In this document: positions 1 to 12,499 of the stretch, one piece after another
How the letters are laid out: each line of letters opens with the position of its first letter
How positions within the stretch are numbered: the stretch's first letter is position 1
Assembly: GCA_013239625.1 (NCBI GenBank)
Contig: MU053881.1
Span: forward strand, 2,294,001-2,358,000
Origin: Lama guanicoe
Taxonomy: Eukaryota
DNA length: 64,000 nucleotides
Reading direction: 5' to 3'
Made by a program: the position numbers and the translations under genes
The notes under the pieces: generated by a model
What the model was told of the DNA's origin: nothing
The model's database searches: none
Seen by the model: the letters and a program-made list of their open reading frames with translations, nothing else

Positions 1-1594
1 AGACATAGCCATTCTCAACATAGCCATTTACCAACTTAGCAAATTACCAAATATTTGATTTTAAATGTTTCCTAACGTGTAAAATCGTGATAAAAATAAT
101 GTAAATGTATGGTAGTGATGCCTACCATACAGAGCTGTTGTGAGTAATAATCTCTATAATGCATATGAGGTACCTAAAATAGTGTCCAAGGACTCCGTAA
201 ATAACTATAATAATTACTCAGAGTATGTTTGAATTCTGTTTGTACACACTTGTCCTAACCTGAGGCTGCGTATAACTGGGAAATAGAGCATCAGGTGTGT
301 ATGTCTATAGGTGTGTTTACCTTTTTTAAATTGGAGAAACAGTCCAGCTCATGTGATCAGTTGATAAAGAGCTTGGTACCAGATTTCTTGAATTGTGGCT
401 ATTTAGGGGTAAGAGTCAATCATTCAAGAGGACTGTTGTTAAGGATCCTATGCCCCCAAGCTTTCAAAGCAGTTTTGACAGATTTGGTTAGTAGAACGTC
501 AAGATTTTAAATTATCTTGTCAGTGATTGTTCTTCAGATAGATCAAGATGATAGATGTGCTGAACAAAAAAAGACAGACAATACCTCCCAAATTGGAGAT
601 TTTCAAGGACACTATCAAAAACACTACCCATGAGGTAACAAGTCTCATTATTGGGTCACCTTTCCTGCTTGTACATTCTTTTAGAGACATTCTGTTTCTG
701 ACATGATTAAGAAGAGACTATTGGCATCTAGACGCTACCCTTTTTTTCTCACACTTAGTGGTAATGCATTCTGTAGCCTCTGTTTAAGTAACTGAAAATA
801 AGCCATTATTTTATTACTGATCTTTTTTTTTTTTAATTTGGAAGTGTAGCAAACTAAGTAGTAGTTGAACTATATGTTAGATTGCTTATTTAAATTGGCT
901 GAGCAGTGACCTTTGTTTACTCTTAGAATTTCTGTGGAAATAGTGTGGCTAAATGTCATGACACACTGGAATTTTGGAATCTGTATCTGTGGGGTTCCTG
1001 TACTTAATGCTTCTTCTTGATCTTGATTCTGCTATGATTCTTTGAAAACCCACTTCAATCCTGTAGGTGATTCTGTGCTAGGGAGAAGAGTTTTTATTTA
1101 TTTGCATATCTTTAAAAATTACATGTATTTGGTGGTATAGCTACCCTTGCTGTCAGATTTGAACATACTGGTTTAAATAACTAAATGTACAGGAAGCATT
1201 TAATGAGATGAAAACTTCCATACAAGATGTTTTCCTAGGGCACTATGAACCCTCCAGTCTTATCCCATGCTTAACCCTTTCCATGTTCTATTCATGCTAT
1301 TCAAGGATGAATACATCCAAAGATCACCTTAAGTCATATTATTCTTCATATAGCTTTCTTCAACCTATAATAATTTTATCCTTCTGTGCCTTTATATAGT
1401 GTTTAATAATTTAAATATATACTTTATGCTATTCATTAATTCATCTAGTATTTATGTGTGCTTACCATACATCAAGCAACAGTTCTAGTTGGAAGAAGTG
1501 TAAGTATATTGAGTCATGGAGTATTGGTTTTGGAATCGAGAAGCAGAAGTGCAAGTGCCTCCTTTGTGACTTTGGGGAAGTTGTTTTTCTGAAC

Positions 1595-1852
1595 CTATGT
1601 TTACATACAAGATCATGTCATCTGCAAATGGCAATAGTTTTATGTCTTCTTTTCCTACTTGGATGTCTTTTATTTCTTCTTCCTCTTTCGTAATTGACCT
1701 GTCTAGAACCTCCAGTGTAATGTTCAGTAGAAATGATGAAAGCAGACATTCTCGTATTGTTCCTGTCTTAAGAAGAAAGCATTCAATCTTTCACCTTTAA
1801 GTATGATGTTAGCATTGGGTTTTTTAAAGATGTCCTTTATCAGGTTGAAGCA
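1595..1852 (-). mobile_element. Old L1 ORF2 (reverse transcriptase) fragment
   Basis: Minus strand translates [21 protein letters not shown], containing the L1 RT FADD motif. Confidence 0.85.
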
Positions 1853-2126
1853 TTAGTATTTAAAAAAAAATCTTTTAGATAAATAATAAAATATAGTCAA
1901 GAGAACCAATTATTTAAGTTAATATTTAAGTTAATGTTGTATTACTCCTATTGAAATTTCACTAAAGAGATGAGATTTATAAATTTATATATATTTTCCT
2001 CTATAGAAAAGTACAGATTTTAAAGAGTAGTGGAAAAGTTTAGAAATCCAGCTTTACTTCTATTAGATGGATATTTTTCTTTTACATGACTAAATTATAA
2101 AGAGCATCTAGAAAATATATACTTTA

Positions 2127-2608
2127 TTTTTTATTTATTTAAAAGAATTAAAAAAATTTTAATTGAAGTATAGTCAGTTTACAATGTGTCAATTTCTGGT
2201 ATACAGCATAATGTTTCAGGCATGCACATACATACACGTATTTGTTTTCATATTCTTTTTCGTTATAGGTTACTACAAGATATTGAATATAATTCTCTGT
2301 GCTATACAGTATAAACTTGTTTATCTATTTTATATCTAGTAGTTGGTATCTGTGAATCTTGAGCTTCCAATTTATCCCTTCCCATCTCCTTCCCGACTGG
2401 TAACCATAAGTTTGTTTCCTAAGTCTGTGAGTCTGTTTCTGTTTTGAAAAGAAGTTCATTTGTGTCTTTTTTTTAGATTCCACATATAAGTGGTATCATA
2501 TGGTATTTTTCTTTCTCTTTCTGGCTTCACTTAGAATGATGATCTCCAGGTCCATCTATGTTGCTACAAATGGCATTATTTTCTTTTTTATGGCTGAGTA
2601 GTATTCCA
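2127..2608 (-). mobile_element. 5'-truncated lineage-specific L1 3' end
   Basis: Same 3'UTR (ttgaagtatagtcagtttacaatg...) as other copies in the window; degenerate TSD tagaaaa..ta.acttta at 2109-2126 and 2609-2626. Confidence 0.88.
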
Positions 2609-2660
2609 TAGAAAACTTACACTTTAAATAAATTATTTTTCCTTGTACTTCAGACAAAGG

Positions 2661-2807
2661 ATGCCACGGAGAAAAAAAAAGGTTAAAGAAGCCTCTGAAG
2701 TTCAGAACCTGGAGAAGAAAGATGCAGAAACTTCCAATTCTGTCAATGTGAAGAAGAAGCGTAGACTTGAGGATGCATTCATTGTGATATCTGATAGTGA
2801 TGGAGAG
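2661..2807 (+). CDS. UIMC1: UIMC1/RAP80 first coding exon (exon starts 2654); N-terminus with basic NLS-like stretch and SUMO-interacting motif
   Basis: Acceptor cttcag ends at 2653, ATG at 2661. Translates MPRRKKKVKEASEVQNLEKKDAETSNSVNVKKKRRLEDAFIVISDSDGE, the recognisable RAP80 N-terminus with SIM FIVISDSD. Donor GAG|gtcagt; 147 nt, phase 0. Confidence 0.97.
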
Positions 2808-3164
2808 GTCAGTATTCTGAGGAGTGGAGCTCTAGGTTTCAAACTAGTCCTCCTTATTTATGACTGGTTTGTTTTGTGAGGCTGTGCCTTAATGCCAGAC
2901 CATGCCAGACCATGCCACTTTTACTCGGCTTCACTGTGATTTATAAATGGAGTTAAGAATCATTTAAAAGAACGTAATCATACTGGTTGAGGATGGATCA
3001 TAGTTCCTCAGTCTTGTAGTATATTAACCCAAGGGAATATTTTAAAACTTCTTTGAATAAATCATATGTGAATCTTAATTTTTGCATGTCTGGAAATTGA
3101 GAGAAAGAGAATGGAAATGCTTTTTTTTTTCCAAGGATAAATTCTCATCTTTTATTTCTACTTT

Positions 3165-3445
3165 TACTGGGGGGAGAGGGAGATAATTAGGTTTATCTAT
3201 TTATTTATTTATTTTTATTCGTTTTTTTTAAATAGACTTTATTCTTTTAGAGCAGTTTCAGGTTTACAACAGAATTGAGCAGAAAATACAACAGAGAGTT
3301 CGCACATAGCCCTCCCCACCTACACATATATACTCCCCTACCCGTAGCATCTTATTTATTTATTTTTAATGGAGGTACTGGAGATTGAATCCAGGACCTC
3401 ATGCATGCTAAGCAGATTCTCTATCACTGAGCTATACCTTCTCCC
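3165..3445 (-). mobile_element. Vic-1-type tRNA-derived SINE with a nested 134-bp insertion (3218-3351)
   Basis: tRNA-like head at 3370-3445 (gtatagctcagtg...ggattcaatc on the minus strand) and tail at 3165-3217, split by a TSD-flanked insert. Confidence 0.85.
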
Positions 3446-3480
3446 TGGAAATAAATGCTTTTTAGGTCCCTAGATATACT

Positions 3481-3659
3481 CTGTCCAAGGTGATAGAGAC
3501 TAGCCACCTGTAGCTATTTAAATTTAAATTTTTTAAAATTAAGTAGAAGGAAAAATCAGTTCCTCTTTTGCACTAGTCACAGCTAGTGTCTACTGTATTA
3601 GACAGCACAGGTATAGAACATTTTCTTCATTGTAGAAAGCTTTATAGTGCTGTTCTAGC
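3481..3659. mobile_element. MER3-like hAT MITE
   Basis: ctagccac..tagctatttaaatttaaatt...tagaacatttt..cattgtagaaag pattern; a related copy lies at ~59830-60012. Confidence 0.6.
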
Positions 3660-4001
3660 TCTTAACATTTTTCCTTTGTTCCCTGTTTCCATTTGTTGGA
3701 GATTTCCACCTGTCTGTAGGTCACATCCAGTAAGGCAATGAACTAAAATAAGTCTTTGTTTTTTCATCCAAGTTTACCTGCCGCTTATCTTTATCTTTTA
3801 TCTTATTTCATGATAGAACCACACATTTGCCTCAAGTTATAAAGCTCAGAATTATCTTTAACTCTTTCCTCTATTTCATGTTTTATACCTAATCATTCAC
3901 CACATCCTTTAGTTTTTACCTGTTACACTCAGATCTGTTCTTCCTCTTCCATTTCTTTTCTTGATCACTTGGGTTTTGTTTTAAATACCTTTTTTCATTC
4001 T

Positions 4002-4090
4002 TTTTTTTTAAAATGGTGGTACTAGGGATTAAATCCCAGGACCTCATGCATGCTAAGCATGCCTCTACCACTGAGCTGTTCCCTTACCCC
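4002..4090 (-). mobile_element. Vic-1-type tRNA-derived SINE (short)
   Basis: cccaggacctcatgcatgctaagcat..ctctaccactgagct, the reverse complement of the SINE head at 5945. Confidence 0.85.
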
Positions 4091-4210
4091 GCTGATCATT
4101 TGTTATTTGAGTTTTTGTAGCAGACTCTAAACTTGCTTCTCTGCCTTCAGTTTTTTCCTCTCCACAATTCACTTATCTTACTCTAACTTTCTTTTAAGAA
4201 CCAAAATTTT

Positions 4211-4296
4211 ATTTTTTTAATGGAGGTACTGGGAATTGAACCCAGGACCATGTGCGTGCTAGGCATGAACTCTATCACTGAGCTATACCCACCTCC
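4211..4296 (-). mobile_element. Vic-1-type tRNA-derived SINE (short)
   Basis: ggaggtactgggaattgaacccaggacc...ctgagctataccc; degenerate TSD aagaa..aaaattt. Confidence 0.85.
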
Positions 4297-5310
4297 AAGA
4301 ATTAAAAATTTAGGTCTTTGTACTTGCTTGCTTAAAAATCTTTGACTCCAAAATCCCCACAAGATCAGTTTAGAATTTTAAAATGGTATACTCTATCAGA
4401 ACCTTGGCATTCTAAACAGTCTTATTTATATTACCGTCAGTGAGTTAGTTTCCTTGTCCTCTTGCGAAGACTTACCACTTTTTTTATTTTCCCCAACTTG
4501 ATAATCAGAAGTATGTTTTTAGTAATCAGCAAGATTGAAAATTTTTTCATATTTCTGTTGGATATTTATTTTTTTGAATTTCCTTGCAGTCTAGTTTTTA
4601 ATTAGGATTTTGTCTAAATAGTTCTTTTTTAAAGTGTAAAAGTATAAAGAAGAAAACAAAACAATCCATTGATTCTACCACTTGGATAACTCATCTTAAT
4701 ATTAAAATAGTTATACATACAAATACATTACAAAGTTGTGTATGCATACATGTATATACGAAAAATCAGAAACAGAATTAAAACAGTTTAAAACTGTTTG
4801 AAAATAAAACAGTGAAGAAAGATATAAAATGAGGATGTACACCTTTGTCAGTGTACATTTAATGAAAGATAATTTCTTCTGTATTTTTCCAGAAAAAAAA
4901 TCTTCATACATATACCATCAATAAAAACTTTTACAGGAAAGGAATCATGCTACACATAATGTTTTGCTTTTTCACTTAATATTATGTGGAGATTTTTCTA
5001 TAACAGCACATACAGATCTATCTTATTAAATTTAAAGAAACTGTCAGATATGTTCTATGCACAGGAGTGCATAAAATATTAATGCATAGTTAAAAAAATC
5101 TGAACACTTGTATTTACCAACTTTGAAGCTCTCTTGACTTAATGTGACCTTCCCCAGATGCATCGCTTTCCACTCATCTGAAGATAACCACTGTATTTAT
5201 TTTTATCTTTTCCATGCTCTTTGTGGTTCTACCATATTTATCTGTATCCCTAAGCAATGTATGTATATATTAAAAACCTGAGTCTCAGTGGTTAGGCACT
5301 TCTAACAGTG

Positions 5311-5424
5311 TTTTTCTTTTTTTTTCTTTCTTTCTTTTTTTTCTGGTGGGGGAGGTAATTAGGTTTGAACCAGCACCTCATGCATGCTAAGCATGTGCTC
5401 TACCACTTAAGCTATACACTCCCC
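5311..5424 (-). mobile_element. Vic-1-type SINE with internal deletion
   Basis: Tail ggggaggtaattaggtt is joined directly to tgaacc...catgcatgctaagcatgtgctctaccac; TSD aacagt.ttttt. Confidence 0.8.
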
Positions 5425-5944
5425 ACAACAGTCTTTTTCAATAATCTATCCTTTCTCCAAAGATTTGAAATTTCACCTTTGTTGTAAACTAAAATCTTTT
5501 TAGGGTAGTTCCTGGATTTTCTGTTTTGTTCCATTGATCTATTGTATACTTTTGAAATATTCAGTTGATTATTTTGGGGTTTTTTTAGGTAGGGATATCT
5601 GCTAATATTGATCATTTTCTGTCTTCCTTATTAAATTTTGAGGTGGGGTGGGGTTTGGGTTTTTTTGGTTCTTTTTTGTTTCTATAGAATTCTTAACTTT
5701 GCCAGTTTTTCTTTTCCTTTACCTCCCAGTGGCCACAGGGTCTCTTTTCTTTTCATCTACCTCTTTCCTCCTCCTCCTCTGTGAATGATGCTGCTTTGAT
5801 GTAAGCTTAGTGACTATCCCCTATTTGTGCTGCATTTGTTAAGTCTTAGGATGGGACTTTCTCTTTCTGGGAGTAATTTTGTCTGTTCAAAATTGGTGTT
5901 TATTTCTTCACTACAAGTAATACGAAATTCAAAGGTATGCTGAG

Positions 5945-6100
5945 CCAGGGAGGGTATAGCTCAAGTGGTAGAGCACATGCTTAACATGCGTGAGGTCCTG
6001 GATTCAATCCCCAGTACCTCCTCTAAAAATAAATAAACTTAATTACCTCCCCCCACCAAAATAAAATAATTAAATAATACAATTAAAAAACCATACAAAA
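5945..6100 (+). mobile_element. Full-length Vic-1-type tRNA-derived SINE (camelid)
   Basis: A box tagctcaagtgg, B-box-like gattcaatcc, A-rich tail, and a perfect 15-bp TSD caaaggtatgctgag at 5930-5944 and 6101-6115. Confidence 0.92.
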
Positions 6101-6374
6101 CAAAGGTATGCTGAGAATGAGGTTTATATGCAATTTTAATTGCTTTCTTTATTTTTCTGAAATTATTTTTTGTAGGTTGTGTAGAGAGGATGGAACCATA
6201 CTGTCTTACTATTTTGCATCCTGATTTGCTTTAATCACATATATTGGAAATTTTTTTATGAATGTTTATAAATGAAACTTATTCTTTTAGAAGGAAGCAT
6301 GGTATTCTGAAAGGACCATAATTTATTTTACATGTCGTTTTTCATCATTATTTAAGTTCATTCTTTTCACATAG

Positions 6375-9300
6375 TCAGTATGCAAGACCAGCTTTTTAAA
6401 AAAATTTCCCATCTGTCACAGACTGATATTTAAAAAAATACGCTAAAAATGGGTTACTAGAAAAATGAAATTAAAAAAACAATATGAACCTACATCTTTC
6501 ATTGTTAGATACAACAGGTAAAAGGTTTCACTTCAATAAATATGATCAGAACCAACATAACATAGGTAAAATAGAAAAAAGTGGTACATGGCCCTTGGAA
6601 TTGTGTTTAACAGCAATTTAACATATAGAATGGCTATTATACTCAGAACTTTTTTCTTTCCACAGTTGTAAGTATACAAAGTTGTATGTGTAATAGTGAA
6701 CCCCATTTTAAACATCTATCTCAGTGAACACTTTCAGTGGACACTTATGTTTATCTGTGAAGTTCTTATTTTGACAAATGAGCTTTCTTCTTACTTGTTA
6801 ACTTATTCTAGTTTGGGTTAATAATGCTAATATCACAGGAGATACTACGTATCTAAAATCAATGTTTAAAAGAAAATTCAAAGTAGAGGAATCATTCTGA
6901 CAGTAAGGAATGGGAAGAATTTTTAAAGCAGTTTCAATAAGATGTATTTAAAGTTTTTATTCAAAATGAGCTAGAAAATGCTGTATTTCAAAATTCATTT
7001 TTGATCATTGGTAGCAAGTTCTAGCAAATTTCCTATAAAGTTGTAATTACATTGCAGTTATCTTTTGATGAAAGAAATGTAGTTCAGATCCATGAATTTC
7101 CTCTGGGTTAATCTTTTTTGAAATAACATAAAATTAAAAAGGTTCTATCAAATTTGTAAGGTCTTGGATGCTAACTTTTTGTAGATAATATAAAGATTAC
7201 CACCTATTTCATTGATGTTTGTTGTAAAATTATAGGACACATCACAATCTGTAGAATCTTTATTCTTCTAATAATCTTTCCTTTCTGTCCTCTGGTGTTA
7301 TCAGCTGGTAAAATTCCTTCCTTGTATGGAAGCATTAAGTTCATTGAAAATACTGAGGGTAATTAGACAAGTGAGTCTTGGTTTTCACTCTACATCTTAA
7401 AAAGTTGCAGAAACACTAAGCACTCATTTTGTAGTTTAGAAATCTCCATAGAACTTTTCCCTTTTATCAGTCTTGTGTCAGTAATTAATAACAGTTGTTT
7501 ATGACCCATTTATATATAATCACATGATAAAGAGAATTTTCTTGAATGCATTAATCTTAGTCTATGTAATTTACAGTTTCTGCTATGCACAGTGTTTACT
7601 TTGGTTGATTTTTTTTTTCAGTAATGGAAACAGTGTATTGATTCTGTCACATTCTGGCACAAACTGCTTAGTCTAGGATGTTTTCCCATTGTTACTATTG
7701 ACTACATAAAATTTAAAAGTTGAATGCTGTATGGTTTTATATAGTTCAAGATATTTGTTAACAATGAAGCTGATTTTTTTGTACCATTGAGTTCATTATA
7801 CATTTCTTAGAAGGACTGCTGTGTTGCAATTATCTGTGCATTTATGAAGTTGCAATGAAAGTGTGTTGCTTGCTTTGTTAGTTAGTTTTCCATATCATGG
7901 TCTACTTCCTGAATATGCTGAACTATGCTGTCATTGGAATATGGTAGTTGAGCTACCTTCTTTGTTTGATTCATCCAGCATTTCCAAGCACACAGTTTTA
8001 CAGTCTTCTGCTAATTTTTTGACAGTTTTGTATAGTTTTTTAATCTTTAGCACATCTAGTATTTATAAGAAATATATAAACTGCTATTATTTATATATGA
8101 AATATTAAGCATCTGTATCAGCTTGTTATTTCAGTGCTCTTTCAAAGAATTCTTTTGATTTTGAACTTACTCTTTATGTTTATATGTGAGTTTTTTTCTT
8201 GAAGTATATAGTTGATTTTATAATGTGTTAATTTCTGGTGTACAGCATGGTGATTCAGTTATACATATATATTCTTTTTCATAATAGGTTATTGCATAAA
8301 TGTTGTTTGTTTTCATAGTTTCATTACTCAGTAAATATTTAGAAATAATACACTCCTATTGTTATACTTCACCATCAGTTGTAGGTACAAAACCAAAACT
8401 TAGTATGTGTGAATACTACTCAGCAATAAAAAAGAATAAAATAATGCCATTTGCAGCAACATAAATGGGCCTGGAGATCTTCATTCTAAGTGAAATAAGC
8501 CAGAAAGAGAAAGAAAAATACCATATGATATCCCTCATATGTGGAGTCTAAAAAAAAAAAGAAAAAAGAGGGCACTAATGCTAATGAACTCATCTGCAAA
8601 ACAAAGACTCAACAGTAAACAGTCTTATGGTTACTGGGGGAAAGGGGACAGGAATGGATACATTTGGGAGTTTGAGATTTGCAAATATTAACCACTGTAT
8701 TTAAAAATAGATAAAAACCAAATTTCTTCTTTATAGCACAGGGAACTATATTTCAATATCTTGTAATAACCTTTAATGAAAGAGTATGAAAATGAATATA
8801 TATGTATGTATATGCATGACTGAGGTATTGTTCTGTACACCTGAAATTGACACATTGTAACTGCCTATACTTGAATTAAAAAAAAAACCTTAGTGTATGA
8901 AGGATCATACTTCTGAATAAAACTAGAATAAAACTTCTGCCCTTCATTTCTTTACAAATATTTGGATCATCATTTGTTTTACTACTACTGCTTCATTCAG
9001 AAAGATTTGTCTTTTGGTGACAGAAGTTCATTGAAGCTTGTTTTGAAATCTGTAAGTAAGGATTAAAGTCAATAATAGGAGCTTTACTTCTTTTGTTTAG
9101 CTAATAGTATTAAAGTATAATTTAACAAATAGACTTGATTAAAAATTAAAATGGTAATTGAAACAATGGGTTATAAAATAAATAGATGCCTACATTTTCT
9201 CAGAAATTTATATATTTTGGATTTTAATGAGTAATTACAATAGAAAGATCACATATAGTAATTTGGTCTTTCTGCAAATGACTGGTCTGTAGCTTTCTCC

Positions 9301-9460
9301 ATGGATGTCCACTTATGTGCATTGATGTGGTAGCAGTGTCAAATTGCTGTGAAAGTTTTTGAAAGCTTATTTTCAGTTTCTGTGCTTATTTTGTTGCAGA
9401 TCAGTAGCAAGCAGTATGCTGATTATCACCCATCTATAGATCATACTTTGAGTAACATTG
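6375..9460 (-). mobile_element. Long degenerate hAT-Charlie DNA transposon relic (Charlie2-like), interrupted by L1 fragments
   Basis: Minus-strand end caatgttactcaaagtatgatc...aagcacagaaactgaaaataagc...gcaatttgacactgc resembles the recalled Charlie terminal sequence. The AT-rich interior has no intact ORF; the left boundary is uncertain. Confidence 0.55.
8410..8886 (+). mobile_element. Lineage-specific L1 3' end, sense to UIMC1
   Basis: ORF2 C-terminus ([17 protein letters not shown]...), 3'UTR and A-tail; degenerate TSD aaa.cttagt.t.t. Confidence 0.88.
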
Positions 9461-9699
9461 ATTGAGGTTGTTTTTATGGTCTTTTATAATGACAAAACAT
9501 TCTATTCTGAACATTATTGTGTTTATGTCTTTGTGCTTATGTGTGCATGTATTTGTAGAATGAATTCCTAGAGGTATCTTACTGGACAAAGAGTGTATAT
9601 GATTTTAGAAGTTATTGCCAATTTGCCCTCTAAACATACTGCATCCATTTTATCCCATCATTGATATGAGAGTACCTGTTCCCCCACAGTAAGTATTTT

Positions 9700-11165
9700 C
9701 TTTTAACTGAAGTAAGGTGATTTACAATATTGTGTTAGTTTCAGGTGTACAGCAAAGGGATTCAGTTTATATATTCTTTTTCAGATTCTTTTCTCTAATA
9801 GGTTTATTATAGGATATTGCATATAGTTCCCTGTGCTATACAGTAAGTAGGTCCTTGTTGTTTATCTATTTTATATATAGTAGTGTGTATCTGTTAATCC
9901 CAAACTCCTAATTTATCCCTCCCCGCCACCCCTTCTGCCTTTGGTAACCATGTTTGTTTTCTATGTCTATAAGTCTATTTCTGTTTTGTAAATAAGTTCA
10001 TTTGTGTCATTGTTTTTTAGATTCCATATATAAGTGATATGCTATTTGTCTTTCTCTGTCTTAGTATGATCATCTCTGGGTCCATCCCTGTTGCTGCAAA
10101 TGGCATTATTTATTATTGATTATTATTTTTATGGCTGAGTAATATTCCTCTGTGTGTGTGTGTGTATGTGTGTACACCACATCTTCTTTATCCATTCATC
10201 TATTGATGGGCATTTAGGTTACTTTCATATCTTGGCTATTGTAAATAGTGCTTCTGTATTTGGGGTGCAGATATGTTTTCGAATTAGCATTTTCTCCAGA
10301 TACATGCCCAGGAGTGGGATTGCTGGATAATATGGTAGCTCTCCTTTTAGTTTTTTAAGGAACCTCCGTACTGTTTTCCATGGTGGTTGCACAAACTTGC
10401 ATTCGCACCAACAGTGCGAATTTTCTTCACACTCTCTCCAGCATTTATTATTTGTAGACCTTTTGATGATGACCGTTCTAACTGGAGTGAGGTAATACCT
10501 CATTGTGGTTTTGATTTGCATTTCTCTGATAATTAGCGATGTTGAGCATCTTTTCATGTGCTTGTTGATCATCTGTATGTCTTATTTGGAGAAATATCTA
10601 CTTAGGTTTGCTGCCTATTTTTTTAATTTCAGTTTTTTTATTTTTATATTGCACTGTATGAGCTGTTTGTGTATTTTGGAAATTAAGCTCTGTCGGTCAC
10701 ATTGCAAATATTTTCTCCTATTCCGTAGTTTGTCTTTTTGTTTTGTTTATGGTTTCTTTTGCTGTGCAAAAGCTTTTAAGTTTAATTAGGTCCCATTTGT
10801 TTGTTTTTATTTTTCTTTCCATTACTCTGGGAGACGGAGCCAAAAAATATTGGTACAATTTATGTCAAAGAGTGTTCTGTGTATGTTTTCCTCTAGGAGT
10901 TTTATAATGTCTGGTCTTACATTTAGGTCTTTAATCCATTTTGAGTTTATTTTTATTTATGGTATTAGAGAATGTTCTAATTTCATTCTCTTATATGTAG
11001 CTGTCCACTTTTCCCAGCAGCACTTACTGAAGAGACTGTCTTTTCTCCATTGTATATTCTTGCCTCCTTTGTTGTAGGTTAATTGACCATATTTATTTAT
11101 ATTGATATGGGTTTATTTCTGGGCTTTCTATCCTGTTCCGTTGATCTATATGTCTATTTTTGTGA
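9700..11165 (-). mobile_element. 5'-truncated L1 (3'UTR and ORF2 C-terminus)
   Basis: ORF 10225..10572(-) [28 protein letters not shown]...CWRECE is the L1 ORF2 cysteine-rich domain. Confidence 0.93.
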
Positions 11166-11241
11166 ACATTTACAACAACTACTGATTATTCAGGGGCTCA
11201 GTGGCATCTGTTAGCTGTATAGCAGACGGAGTACTACTTTT

Positions 11242-11972
11242 GTTTTTTTTGCGCATTCTTTTTTAATTGATGTATAGTCAGTTTATAATGTGTCAATTTC
11301 TGGTGTACAGCATAATGTTTCAGTCATACATATACATACATATATTTATTTTCATTTTTTTATTATAGTTTATTAGAAGGTATTGAATATAGTTTCCTGT
11401 GCTATACAGTATAAAGTTGTTGTTTATCTTTTTTATATTAAGTAGTTAGTACCTGCAGATTTCAAACTCTCGATTTATCCCTTTCTACCCCCTTTCTCCC
11501 TGGTAACCATAAGTTTGTTTTCTATGTTTGTGAGTCTGTTTCTGTTTTATAAATAAGTTCTTTTGTGTCTTTTTTTTTTAGATTCCACATATAAGTGAAA
11601 TCATATGGTATTTTCCTTTCTCTTTCTGGTTTACTTCACTTAGAATGAATGACATCTCCAGTTCCATCCATGTTTCTTCAAATGGCATTATTCTTTTTTA
11701 TGGCTGAATAGTATTTCATTGTATATATATTTCTTTTTTTTCCTTTTTTTAAAAAATTGAAGTATAGTTCTGGTGTACAGCACAATGTCCCAGTCATGCA
11801 TATATACACATATATTCATTTTCATATTTTTTCATTAAAGATTATTATAAGATATTGAATATAGTTCCCTGTGCTATACAGCCATTGTGTGTGTATGTGT
11901 GTGTGTGTATATATACCACAGCTTCTTTATTCAGTCATTTGTCAATGGACATCTAAGGTTGTTTCCATGTAA
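11242..11972 (-). mobile_element. L1 3' end with a second L1 3' end nested at ~11731-11882
   Basis: Perfect 13-bp TSD gagtactactttt at 11229-11241 and 11973-11985; the inner insert is flanked by cattgtatatatat / cattgtgtgtgtat. Confidence 0.88.
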
Positions 11973-12025
11973 GAGTACTACTTTTAATGGCAGCCACCCT
12001 GATCATGTTTCTTGTTTTGTAACAG

Positions 12026-12110
12026 GAACCGAAGGAGGAGAATGGATTGCAGAAAACGAAGACAAAAGTGTCGAATAGAGCAAAGTGTTTGGCTAAAAGA
12101 AAAATTGCAC
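12026..12110 (+). CDS. UIMC1: UIMC1 coding exon 2
   Basis: aacag|GAACCG...TTGCAC|gtatgt; 85 nt; EPKEENGLQKTKTKVSNRAKCLAKRKIA; frame continues from the previous exon. Confidence 0.96.
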
Positions 12111-12499
12111 GTATGTTTTTATTTTTGTGTTGAGAATGATTTGGAAATTACAGCAGTCATAGAATTGATACTTGTTTTTTTATTAGGAAGAGATTTCTCT
12201 GAATAAGGGTGTATGTGCTTCTTGTTAATTCTAGAGTCTGTTAAAATTTATAGGGATCATGTTATCTATAGCTTATACAACTGAGTTATGAAAGGCATAG
12301 TGTTGAAATTAAAAACGTGACTTTCAGAATTAGATACACTTGCATTTGAATCTTTGTTTCAGCTTACTGTAAATACCTTAGGAAGACACTACTTTGAGCC
12401 TGCCTCTATTTCTTCATCAATAAAATTCAGATAATAACACTTAAAAAGTCACTTAATGGCTCCAGTAATGGGGCCTATTACTATTTTGGCCATTAAAAT

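Noticed and set aside
2892..2917. Short tandem duplication atgccagacc x2.5 (similar ones at ~1911-1935 and 17833-17864)
   Set aside because: Ordinary slippage duplications with no spacer structure or evident function.
5945..6020. Possible tRNA gene
   Set aside because: Followed by a SINE tail and A-rich end, flanked by a 15-bp TSD and repeated in the window; it is a SINE head.
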